A DNA stretch of 64,000 nt from a virus (taxonomy: Duplodnaviria > Caudoviricetes), in the IMG/VR virus record IMGVR_UViG_3300014205_000200, positions 25,162 to 89,161 of that record; one strand, 5' to 3'. The stretch's first letter is position 1. Each line of letters opens with the position of its first letter. The notes under the pieces were generated by a model. The model saw only the letters and a program-made list of their open reading frames with translations. It was not told where the DNA came from and did not search any database. The translations under genes and the position numbers were made by a program. Positions 53,958 through 62,758 of the stretch are shown here, one piece after another.

Positions 53958-54947
53958 ATGGTCGCGCTGGCGAAAGTCTGGTCGGACGACCTAAATAATC
54001 TGTTCAGCGACCAGCTCGATCAGCGGGTCCAGTATCGCGAGGCCATCTTCGCGTTCGTCGGCGCCCACCTGGCGGCCGGCTGGACGGTCGAACTTTCGAC
54101 CGACGGGACCAACGCGCCGGACGCCACCAACCAGTGGACCAGCGCGGCGATTCTCCTCTACGGAAACGCGGCCCAGCCTCGCGCGTGGATCGTCCTCCGG
54201 AGTCCGGCCGGGTGGGCGGTTGGTGCGGGTCTCTACCACTACATGTTGGTGGGGCTGGAGAACGTCAACACCTCGACGACGCCACGAACCTGGACCCAAC
54301 GCGGCTCCACTATCCCGTGGACGGGTGGCTCGACGACCACGTTCCCGACCACGTTGAATTCCGGCAATACGCAGTGGACGAGGAACGGCACTAACTTCCT
54401 TTCGTGGGCGGCGCCTGCCCGCGCGCGTTGGAACGCCTGGTGGACGGCGGACGGAGACGTTTGGTTCGCCTTGAAGGGCGACGGTGTGGCGGCGGTCTCC
54501 ATGCTGGCGTGCAGCCATTCGTCGAGCTTCTACGCGGACCAGGACGGCGGGTTCGGTCAATACCGCGGGAAATTCGGTTTGACGGTAGGGGCGACGATCA
54601 GCACTAACCAGATCACGTGGGCCAGCCTCCAGGCCGCGTTCCTACGTTGCTCATTGGCCGACGGCGGAATTCCTTCGTCCACCACCAGCGGATTCGCGTC
54701 TACGGTCAGTATCCTGACTGCCTGGGCGCTGGGGGCGAATGACGTCGGGCGCGTTCCCGACGCGCCGATCGAGGCGTACACCAACACGGGCTCGGTCTCG
54801 GCGGACAGGCAGTTTGGAGAGTTGCTCGATGTCCGCGGGTCCCCCAACAACGCGCCGTTCAACTTGCTGATCGACGGCGACACCGACCCGTTTCGGCTGG
54901 TCAACATCGGCTGCCTCTGGATGCCGTGCAGTGCGAGGTTGCTCTAA
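53958..54947 (+). CDS. virion protein, paralog 1 of 3
   Basis: shares MVA.xKxW...NN...QYxE..F...AGWT and a C-terminal D.DP.RLVxIG-type motif with the next two ORFs. Confidence 0.65.
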   Translation: MVALAKVWSDDLNNLFSDQLDQRVQYREAIFAFVGAHLAAGWTVELSTDGTNAPDATNQWTSAAILLYGNAAQPRAWIVLRSPAGWAVGAGLYHYMLVGLENVNTSTTPRTWTQRGSTIPWTGGSTTTFPTTLNSGNTQWTRNGTNFLSWAAPARARWNAWWTADGDVWFALKGDGVAAVSMLACSHSSSFYADQDGGFGQYRGKFGLTVGATISTNQITWASLQAAFLRCSLADGGIPSSTTSGFASTVSILTAWALGANDVGRVPDAPIEAYTNTGSVSADRQFGELLDVRGSPNNAPFNLLIDGDTDPFRLVNIGCLWMPCSARLL

Positions 54948-55930
54948 TGGTCGCCACCGTCAAGACCTGGTTCAACGACATCAACAACGAGTTCAGCTCG
55001 GCCTACTTCGCCGACCAATACCAGGAGGCCATCTTCGCCATCCTCCAAACCTTCCTCTCGGCCGGCTGGACGGTGACGCTTTCGTGTGATTCGGTCTCGG
55101 TCGACGCCAGCAACCTGATCCTCACCCGGGCCAACATCATCTGGGGAAACGGTGCGCAGGTCCGGAGTTGGTTCGTCGTGCAGAGTCCGGCCGGTTGGTG
55201 TTCGACGCCCATCTACGCCCTGATCGGCGCCTTCAACTCCAACGCCTCGTCGTCGCCGACCGTCATCAGCGTTCAGGCGGCGACTTCCGCCTACACGGGC
55301 GGTTCGACGACCGCGTTCCCTACCGCCCCGACCGGTGCACAGACCTCCACTCCGAACACGATTCTCAGCTACGCCGAACCCGCGTTGGGCGCCTGGTCGG
55401 CTTGGTGGACGGCGGACGGCGACGTTTGGTTCGGAACCAAGAACCGCGGCAATTCGGGCTTCACTAATTTTCTCGTCTTCCGTTCGGATGGCGGGTTCGC
55501 GGACGGCGGTCGCGGTGCCGTTCGGGCGATGTTCAAGCTCACTGTCTCTGCCACCTCCGCGCTTACTTACAGTCTCTTTTTGGCGAGCTGGCAGGGCTGG
55601 CGGTCGGACGGCACCGCGATGACTGGAACGGGAACTCTTCTCCACACCATTGCGACCGCTCTACCGACAGGGAACGCGCGCGAGGCCGCCGAGAGCACGA
55701 CGCCTGGGTCTCCGATCTTTCTCGGTCGGTCAGCTTCTGGTGCAGATGCTCGATACTTGGGCGTCATGTTGGACGTCCTGATGCTCCCACGAGGAACTCC
55801 CGCGACCTTCTTTGGTGAGGTTCGCGATAACGAAGGTGCGGACCAGAAGCGCTACGTGAATCTGAATACTCTGATGCTTCCGACCAACTCGGCTGACCTA
55901 CAGATCAACGAATACGGGTACCTCTTCTAA
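54947..55930 (+). CDS. virion protein, paralog 2 of 3
   Basis: TAATG coupling; same N-terminal motif. Confidence 0.65.
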   Translation: MVATVKTWFNDINNEFSSAYFADQYQEAIFAILQTFLSAGWTVTLSCDSVSVDASNLILTRANIIWGNGAQVRSWFVVQSPAGWCSTPIYALIGAFNSNASSSPTVISVQAATSAYTGGSTTAFPTAPTGAQTSTPNTILSYAEPALGAWSAWWTADGDVWFGTKNRGNSGFTNFLVFRSDGGFADGGRGAVRAMFKLTVSATSALTYSLFLASWQGWRSDGTAMTGTGTLLHTIATALPTGNAREAAESTTPGSPIFLGRSASGADARYLGVMLDVLMLPRGTPATFFGEVRDNEGADQKRYVNLNTLMLPTNSADLQINEYGYLF

Positions 55931-56913
55931 TGGTCGCTACAGCGAAAACCTGGACCTCCACGTTGAACAACGCGATGAGCGGAGCCGACCAGCGGGTTCA
56001 GTACCGTGAGGTCTTCTTCGGGCTCTATCGCGCGTTCGTCGATGCCGGTTGGACGCGGGAGTGGACCTGCAACGGACTGGTCGCCAGCGCGGCCGACAAT
56101 CTTCCGAACGCGGCGGCGGTGGTGATCGGCTTGAACGTGACTCAGCCGATCAGCTATTTCGTCATGGCCGCTCCGGCGAATTTCATCCGAGGCGGCGGGA
56201 CGATGCGGGTCTTGGTCGCGACCAACGTGACGAACGTCAGCACGGTCCCCCAACTGAGCATCATGCGGGTGAGTCGCGGCCCCTACACGCTCCACCCGAC
56301 GGTCCCGCTCCAGAACGTTCCGGTGGCGACGCAAGTTGAACGGAGCATCACGACGCCGAACATCATCCCCCACGCGGTTCTGACCGCGTCCAGCTATCAC
56401 GTTTGGACCACGACGGCGGGTGACGTCGTGGTGGGGGTGAAGCCAAACGGGGTGGCTCAGATGCGGATGCTGACGGCTTTCCTCGCTCCTACGACCGCCA
56501 TCGACACCGGTTCGCTGGGCGCACTGACCGGGTTCTTGGTGAACCTGACGGCCTCGGCTGCTTCTGCGATCACGAACGTGACTGTGGGTGTCGCGGGGTC
56601 GTTCGCGGCGTTGCACCACGACGGCGAAGCGGCAACTTCATCGCAGCTTTGGTCGCCAGCCCTGGAATTCGCCGTGCTTTGGACAAGCGGCGTCGACGAA
56701 GCGGGGGAGACGTGCTTTACCCCCGTTCAGTTCATCGATTACGGCAACTCAACACTTGGCGGTCTTTGGGGCGGCTACGTGGTGGACGTGTGGGGCTGCC
56801 CCAACAACTTGCCGCTAGAGTCGACCGACACCGGGGACGCGGACCCGATCCGCCTGGTCAGCATCGGAGCGCTGGCGCTCCCGACGATCTTCGCCCAACT
56901 ACCGATGAATTGA
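55930..56913 (+). CDS. virion protein, paralog 3 of 3
   Basis: TAATG coupling; same N-terminal motif. Confidence 0.65.
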   Translation: MVATAKTWTSTLNNAMSGADQRVQYREVFFGLYRAFVDAGWTREWTCNGLVASAADNLPNAAAVVIGLNVTQPISYFVMAAPANFIRGGGTMRVLVATNVTNVSTVPQLSIMRVSRGPYTLHPTVPLQNVPVATQVERSITTPNIIPHAVLTASSYHVWTTTAGDVVVGVKPNGVAQMRMLTAFLAPTTAIDTGSLGALTGFLVNLTASAASAITNVTVGVAGSFAALHHDGEAATSSQLWSPALEFAVLWTSGVDEAGETCFTPVQFIDYGNSTLGGLWGGYVVDVWGCPNNLPLESTDTGDADPIRLVSIGALALPTIFAQLPMN

Positions 56914-56920
56914 GGTTCCT

Positions 56921-57064
56921 ATGCCGGCCGCCTACTACATCCAACCCCCGGCCGTTGCGGCGCTTCTGACGCCACCACCGGCCACGCTTCCGGCTCCGCT
57001 GCTCTCCCGGGTGATTGTGATCGTCTCCTTCCTTCTCCTCCCGGTGCTGCTCCGCGTAGGCTAG
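56921..57064 (+). CDS. 47-aa ORF duplicating the N-terminus of the next gene, with a hydrophobic tail (not in ORF track)
   Basis: MPAAYYIQPPAVAALLTPPPATLPA vs MPASYYILPPAVSALLSPPPATLPA. Confidence 0.55.
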   Translation: MPAAYYIQPPAVAALLTPPPATLPAPLLSRVIVIVSFLLLPVLLRVG

Positions 57065-57071
57065 GGCGCGC

Positions 57072-57971
57072 GTGCCGGCCTCGTACTACATTCTTCCGCC
57101 GGCCGTTTCGGCGCTGTTGAGTCCCCCACCGGCGACCCTTCCGGCCTCGTCGGGGTTCGTCTTCAGTCCGTTCGTTCTCCCGTTTGAGGTCATCTTCGTC
57201 ACAGCTCTGAACAGCAATACGCTCCGGGTCTTCCTCACCCAGGAGCCCAAGCACATCAGCCCGCTGGCGCCCGACGACGCGCTGAACCGGTTGAATTGGG
57301 CGATCTCGCTGACGTCCGGGCCGGGGGGCGCTCCGGTCGTGGAGGCGGTCGAGAATCCCCAGGCCCAGCCGGCCGTCTTGGTGACCAATCCGGAGGCGTG
57401 GTCGATCGATCTCCGGGTGGATCGGCGGGTTCTTCTGGCGTCCGTCTACCTGGTGGTGGCCAGCAGCGCCATAACGACCGCCAACCGGTTGTTGACGATG
57501 GCGGCCCCACCGCTCGATCGAGGCTCGGCGAACGGTGACATGCGCCCCCGGGCGCGCCCACGTGAGACCCCGAACGCCGTCACGCCCGGGATCGACATCT
57601 TCTACGAGACCTTCCAGGCGGCCTGGCAGCTCGACTCGGGTGGCGACCTGGCGATCCACGGTGGCCTGAGCGCGCTCAAGAAACGGATCCTTCGCCGGAT
57701 GATGTCGAGCCCGGGCGGCTTCTACCACCTGCCGACCTACGGGGCCGGTCTCCGGGTGAAGGAGCTTCGCCGGACGACCAACCTTCGGGAGGTCGAACGT
57801 CAGATCCGGACGCAGGTTTTGGAGGAGTCCGAGATCGTGGCCGTGAAGGTTTCGGCGACCGCCCCGGCTCCCGGTGTGTTGGTGATCCGCATCGACGCCA
57901 AGACGGTCGAGGGTCTGCCGCTGGGGATCAATCTTGAGATCCCCGACGACGGTCCGGTTGTGACGAGCTGA
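57072..57971 (+). CDS. baseplate wedge protein (T4 gp25 / P2 gpW-like domain at C-terminus) with N-terminal extension
   Basis: GDLAIHGG..ALKKRILRRMMSSPGGFYHLPTYGAGL...IVAVKV. Confidence 0.75.
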   Translation: MPASYYILPPAVSALLSPPPATLPASSGFVFSPFVLPFEVIFVTALNSNTLRVFLTQEPKHISPLAPDDALNRLNWAISLTSGPGGAPVVEAVENPQAQPAVLVTNPEAWSIDLRVDRRVLLASVYLVVASSAITTANRLLTMAAPPLDRGSANGDMRPRARPRETPNAVTPGIDIFYETFQAAWQLDSGGDLAIHGGLSALKKRILRRMMSSPGGFYHLPTYGAGLRVKELRRTTNLREVERQIRTQVLEESEIVAVKVSATAPAPGVLVIRIDAKTVEGLPLGINLEIPDDGPVVTS

Positions 57972-58009
57972 CCTGGACCATCGGCCGGCCGTAGCCCTAC
58001 AGTGCCGTC

Positions 58010-59146
58010 GTGGCCGATCTACCGTCCAGGCAAGAGCTGTTTCGCCGGTTCAGGGCCGGCGTCATCGGGACCCCCGGGACTCGGATCTCCGCGCTCGAGG
58101 TCGACCGAGCCGGATCCGACATCAACCTAGTGGCGGCCGGTGTCGCGCTGACGGGCGAGCAGATGGTCACCCGAGCGGCCCGGGCGCTCCAGGGCTGCTT
58201 CGAGTCGACGGCGGTCAAGAGCCAACTGGACCGCATCATCTTCGATCGGAAGCGGCTCCCCCGGAAGCCGGCCGCCAAGGCGGTCATCCAGCTGTCGCTC
58301 CAGCGTCCCACCTTCGCGGCGGGTGGCGGGACGGTGGAGGGTGGCCCGGCCGGGTCGTCGCCAACCCCGACCCGGGTGGTGACCAACCGGGGGATCGTCT
58401 ACATCCTGTCGCAGGACGCCGTCTTTGGGCCGACCGATCTCGGGCCCATCATGGTGACGGCCGAGGCCGAGCTGGCCGGAACGGCCCAGACGGTCGACGC
58501 CGGCCAACTTTGGAGCTTCGGCGACACCCCGTTCGACACCACCATCACGATCACCAACGCCGACTCGGCCGCCGGAGGTGCCGATGAGGAGACGGACGAC
58601 CAGTACCGGGCCCGGTCGGCGCAGTTCTTCGAGTCGGTTCAGAAGGGGACGCTCGCCGCCATCGAGTTCGGCCTGATCTCAACGCCCGGCATCGCGACCG
58701 CGACCGCGATCGAAGTCACGAATCCGAACGGCTCACCGGCGGCGGCCGTCCAGGCCTTCATCCTCGACGATCTCGGGCGGGCCAATGCGACATTGGCGGC
58801 CGTCGGGCTGCTGTCGCTGGTGAACTACCGGGCGGCCGGCATCCCGGTGTTCGTCGTGGCGGGCGTGCCGGTCTTCGTGCCGATCCGGCTGTTGCTCAGC
58901 TTCGACAGTTCGATCGTGCTCGACACCGTCCAGGCGGCGGCGGCCGTTCGGGCGGCGATCGTGGCGGCGCTGAACAACCAGCGACCCGGGCAGGTTCTCT
59001 ACCGGTCGACCATCATCGCCGCCGCTCAGTCGGTCGCCGGGGTGTTGATCGATGAGGACGCGCTGGTGGAGCCGACCGGCACGTTGATCCCGTCCTCCAC
59101 GGCCGAGACGTTCCGGACCCGCTCGGATCTGATCGATTTCACATGA
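58010..59146 (+). CDS. baseplate J-like wedge protein
   Basis: LDRIIFDR..LPRKPAAKA, ITNADSAAGGADEETDDQYRAR, GTLAAIE. Confidence 0.9.
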   Translation: MADLPSRQELFRRFRAGVIGTPGTRISALEVDRAGSDINLVAAGVALTGEQMVTRAARALQGCFESTAVKSQLDRIIFDRKRLPRKPAAKAVIQLSLQRPTFAAGGGTVEGGPAGSSPTPTRVVTNRGIVYILSQDAVFGPTDLGPIMVTAEAELAGTAQTVDAGQLWSFGDTPFDTTITITNADSAAGGADEETDDQYRARSAQFFESVQKGTLAAIEFGLISTPGIATATAIEVTNPNGSPAAAVQAFILDDLGRANATLAAVGLLSLVNYRAAGIPVFVVAGVPVFVPIRLLLSFDSSIVLDTVQAAAAVRAAIVAALNNQRPGQVLYRSTIIAAAQSVAGVLIDEDALVEPTGTLIPSSTAETFRTRSDLIDFT

Positions 59147-59160
59147 GCGAGGACTAGCGG

Positions 59161-60759
59161 ATGGCGATGTTCGGGCCCCCCACCCCGCTGACCCGGGACG
59201 ATCTGATCGCGCTGTTGCGGCGCAATTTCGAGCCTCATTGGATCGAGCAGCTCCTTTCCGACCCGAGTTCGCTGTCGGTCTTCGAGGGCTTTATCGCCGT
59301 CATGCTGCGGATCCAAGAGGCGTACGACATCGACTTCTCGGTGGGGCCCTACATCTTGTCGGCTCCCGGCGCCGCTCCGGCGACGTCGGTCGTCCGCCTT
59401 CAGCGCCCTTCCGGCGCCGACGTGACGATCGAAGTCGACCAGCAGTTCCAAGACGATCGGGGCGCCATCTGGGTGCCGGTCGCGCCCTACCTGATTCCCG
59501 CCAGCGGTGGCACCCAGACGGTCGACGTTCCGATCTGGACGCAGCGAAGCGGCTACTTCCTGAACAGCTTCGAGCCGCTCACCTATCAGGTGGTCGACGA
59601 ACTCCCGGATCCGAACCTCATCATCGTCGCCGGCCCGGATCCGGCGGTCGACGGCACGACGCCGTTCCTCGACGATCTCGGCGACGAGCGCGGCTACCCG
59701 AGGGCGCCATTCGAGCCGGACGATACCTATCGGAACCGACTCGTTTTCTTGGCCGACATGGTGGCGCCTGGCGCGCTCGCGCGGACCATCTACCAGGTAC
59801 TCGACGGCTATCCGGCCACGACCGGCATCGCCGACTTGATTGCCCGGCACGGCCAGGTGGCGTTGGTCGAGCCGTTCCGGGACGGTGCTCAGCCGAGTCA
59901 GCTCGGGCTCGACGGTCGGGAGTACCTTTACGCCGACGCGCTGGCGTTCGTGGACGATCCGGTGACGGACGTCGCCCGCTCGGCGGTCGACTTCATCGCC
60001 TTCTTCGACGTCTTCCTCCCTACCCCGGTCGATCCTGAAGAAGCCCGGCAGTTCTTCGATCTGGCCGAGGGCGACATCGGTTCGTTCTTCGACGACACCC
60101 TGATGGGTTATTGGAACGTGTCGGTGGGGAACGCCATCACGGCCCCAATCGCCGCCCTGGCGGACGAGCTGGATCGACGTCGCCCCGGCGGTGTGCCGTT
60201 TCGGATTTGGCTGGGCCGGCCGGTGGCGCTCCTCAAGCACCCGGAGGAGGGCGGCCTGAGCCAGGTCGGGACTTGGGTCGATCAGGACGGGGTCGTCACC
60301 GACGCCGCCATCACGGCCGCCCTGGCGACCTTCGACGCCGACGAGACCTACGTCCGGACCGGGACCGGGGCCGGCAATGCTGGCCTGTCGGTGAGCGATC
60401 TCTACTTCGAGCGCCAAGTGGATCCACCCGCACCCGACTCGGTCATCCGGGTGGTGTTGCGGGCCCGGGTCCGCCGGGCCGGGAGTGCGGTCGGGACCGA
60501 CCCGCAGGTCCGGTTCCTTCTTCGCCCCACCGGGGCGGGTGCCGCCATCCGGGTCGGTGTCGCGCAGACGATCAATTTCGAGACCTACCGAGAGGTCGTG
60601 ACGGTCTTGGAGCAGAACCCCGTAACGGCAGCCGCCTGGACGCCAGCGCAGGTCTCGGGCCTGTTGGGGTTCGGGATCGCCAACGTGGCGGCCGTTGGGG
60701 CGACCGACCAGCTCCGGGTTTCGGAGCTGTACTTGGAGATCTGGGCCAGCTACGGCTAG
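59161..60759 (+). CDS. baseplate wedge protein (P2 gpI-like) with extra domains
   Basis: FLDDLGDERGYPRAPFEPDDTYRNRL; follows the J-like gene. Confidence 0.65.
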   Translation: MAMFGPPTPLTRDDLIALLRRNFEPHWIEQLLSDPSSLSVFEGFIAVMLRIQEAYDIDFSVGPYILSAPGAAPATSVVRLQRPSGADVTIEVDQQFQDDRGAIWVPVAPYLIPASGGTQTVDVPIWTQRSGYFLNSFEPLTYQVVDELPDPNLIIVAGPDPAVDGTTPFLDDLGDERGYPRAPFEPDDTYRNRLVFLADMVAPGALARTIYQVLDGYPATTGIADLIARHGQVALVEPFRDGAQPSQLGLDGREYLYADALAFVDDPVTDVARSAVDFIAFFDVFLPTPVDPEEARQFFDLAEGDIGSFFDDTLMGYWNVSVGNAITAPIAALADELDRRRPGGVPFRIWLGRPVALLKHPEEGGLSQVGTWVDQDGVVTDAAITAALATFDADETYVRTGTGAGNAGLSVSDLYFERQVDPPAPDSVIRVVLRARVRRAGSAVGTDPQVRFLLRPTGAGAAIRVGVAQTINFETYREVVTVLEQNPVTAAAWTPAQVSGLLGFGIANVAAVGATDQLRVSELYLEIWASYG

Positions 60760-60771
60760 GAAAGGGATCCG

Positions 60772-62718
60772 ATGTCAGAACCACAGCGAGTACTCTTCAC
60801 CGCCCTCGAAGGCATCGTGGTGTCGGACGCCAACCGGACGGGCCGGCTTGCCGGAAAGGCTGCCCAGGACAACCAGATCGGGGCCGTGAACGGCGTCAAC
60901 CTGTCGGTCAACACGATCTCCTTCGTCCGCGAGGGCCTACTGGCGGTCCCGGGGGCCGGGCTGTCGGTCGACATTCAGGCGGGTGAGCTTTGTCGGTTCG
61001 ACAACACGGTCACGATCGGGGCCGACGAAAGCCGGTATCAGCTGGCCCGCCTGGCGGCGACGACCAACGTCCCGCTGACGGCGTCCGACCCGGGTCAGCC
61101 ACGGATCGATCTCATTCACGCGGCCGAGGCCGACCTGGACGGAGACCTTCAGGTCCGCAACTTCATCAACGTCACGACCCGGGTCGTGACGCCGACGGCG
61201 ACCAACAAACTCCGCAGTCCCTCGATGAGCCTGACGGTCGCGACCGGCGTGGCGGGTGCGACGCCCGCCTTCCCGGCATTGCCGGCCGGCCGGGTGGCGC
61301 TTTGGTATGTCTATGTCCCGGCGGCGGCGGCGGCCATCCTCGACGGCCACCTGATGGACGCCCGGCAGTACGAGCAGGGCGCCAGCGTGACGACGCCCGG
61401 GTCGTACCGGATGGGGCTGATGACGCTCGGGACCGACTCGCTTTCGTTCGCCACCATCCGGCTGTTGCCCGGCGTGGCGAACGTGAACGGCGGTGGGTTG
61501 GCGATCTGCAACTCGGCGATCGACTACAACCTGACGCAGATCCTCCAGGCCGGCGACCCGAACCCCCCGGCGGCCCTGATCCAGATCGACGTCTATGTGG
61601 TGCCGCGGGGGAACGGGGTGCCGGTCGGCAAGTCGGAGACGAGCGGGCTCGTGCCGGTGGCGCGGAACGGTGAGGGGGCCAACCAACCGGCCAACACCGG
61701 CACGCCCCCGGTTTCGGGCGTCGCCTACTACCCGCTGCTGAGCCTGGGGCTCACGAACGTCCGGTTCACCACCACTCGGGCGGCCTACGTCGGAACGGTC
61801 CTGACGGACGACACGGTCGCCAACACGGTCCAGCCCTTCGGAAACGGCCTCGCGCTCGACCGGGGCGGTCGGGTCCAGATGGCGGCCGTGGCGGCGGACG
61901 GCCGGTTCCCCGCCTTCAACACTCAGGGCCGGAACCCGAGCTTGAGCTACGTGTCGGCCACCCAAGTGCGGGCCCCGGCCGGTGTCCAGCCGATCATCAA
62001 CGGCCAGCCGATCGTCGTCGGGTTGGCGCTGACGTTCGACATCACGACAAACCTGGTGTCGGGCGACGTCGAAAGTCCCTCGACCTGGTACTATTGCTAT
62101 GTCCGCCTTGCCCGGCCGTTCGCCGGAGTGGCGGCGCCCCGAACGGCCCAGCGACAGATCGTGGCCCGGATCTCAACCGAGGCGCCGAACGGTTTGGGTT
62201 ACAAGCCCACCCCTGAGGCCGGATTCGGGGTCGGCGACTACTGCTTTGTCGGTAGCTTCTTCAACAACGCGGCCAGCGACATCGAGCCGTTCTTTCGGTC
62301 GGGCCATCAGGTGTTGTTCCAGAGCCGGAACAATGCCGCCTTCCGGTTGGTGAACGCCGACATCGCCGTCACGCCTGCCTTCACGGACGTGACCGCCATC
62401 GCGCCCCCGACGGCCAAGTACGCGCTCGTGACGGTTGATTCCCGCCTATCGGTGACGGGCGACCAGGGGGATAGTCAGCTCTACGTTTTCCACGAGGACG
62501 CCCTGACGGTAGCCGCCTATGCGCCGATCCTGACGGTCGGGGTGGTGGGCGGCGGAGCGGCGATCGACCACCAGTATTGGACCGGCCCGGTGGCGCTCAA
62601 CACCGCCAATCAGCGGTTCCGGGTCGACCGGTTGGCCCTCTCGGGCACGGGAGCGGCCTTCAATTTGGACCTTTGGCAGATCGGCTACGTCGAGGACGTG
62701 ACGTTCTCCGACCCGTGA
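60772..62718 (+). CDS. tail fibre / receptor-binding-type protein 1
   Basis: follows the baseplate wedge genes; beta-rich; PRIDLI..., ALWYVYVPA. Confidence 0.65.
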   Translation: MSEPQRVLFTALEGIVVSDANRTGRLAGKAAQDNQIGAVNGVNLSVNTISFVREGLLAVPGAGLSVDIQAGELCRFDNTVTIGADESRYQLARLAATTNVPLTASDPGQPRIDLIHAAEADLDGDLQVRNFINVTTRVVTPTATNKLRSPSMSLTVATGVAGATPAFPALPAGRVALWYVYVPAAAAAILDGHLMDARQYEQGASVTTPGSYRMGLMTLGTDSLSFATIRLLPGVANVNGGGLAICNSAIDYNLTQILQAGDPNPPAALIQIDVYVVPRGNGVPVGKSETSGLVPVARNGEGANQPANTGTPPVSGVAYYPLLSLGLTNVRFTTTRAAYVGTVLTDDTVANTVQPFGNGLALDRGGRVQMAAVAADGRFPAFNTQGRNPSLSYVSATQVRAPAGVQPIINGQPIVVGLALTFDITTNLVSGDVESPSTWYYCYVRLARPFAGVAAPRTAQRQIVARISTEAPNGLGYKPTPEAGFGVGDYCFVGSFFNNAASDIEPFFRSGHQVLFQSRNNAAFRLVNADIAVTPAFTDVTAIAPPTAKYALVTVDSRLSVTGDQGDSQLYVFHEDALTVAAYAPILTVGVVGGGAAIDHQYWTGPVALNTANQRFRVDRLALSGTGAAFNLDLWQIGYVEDVTFSDP

Positions 62719-62758
62719 GCCTACCCGGGCTGGGGCCCGGGGTGATAGATCCGGGGAC

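Noticed and set aside
30732-60417. Long minus-strand ORFs (e.g. 30732-32333, 39485-41089, 42012-44156, 51039-52187, 59026-60417)
   Set aside because: Shadow frames opposite well-supported + strand genes, expected with high-GC codon bias; Arg/Gly/Pro-rich and motif-free.
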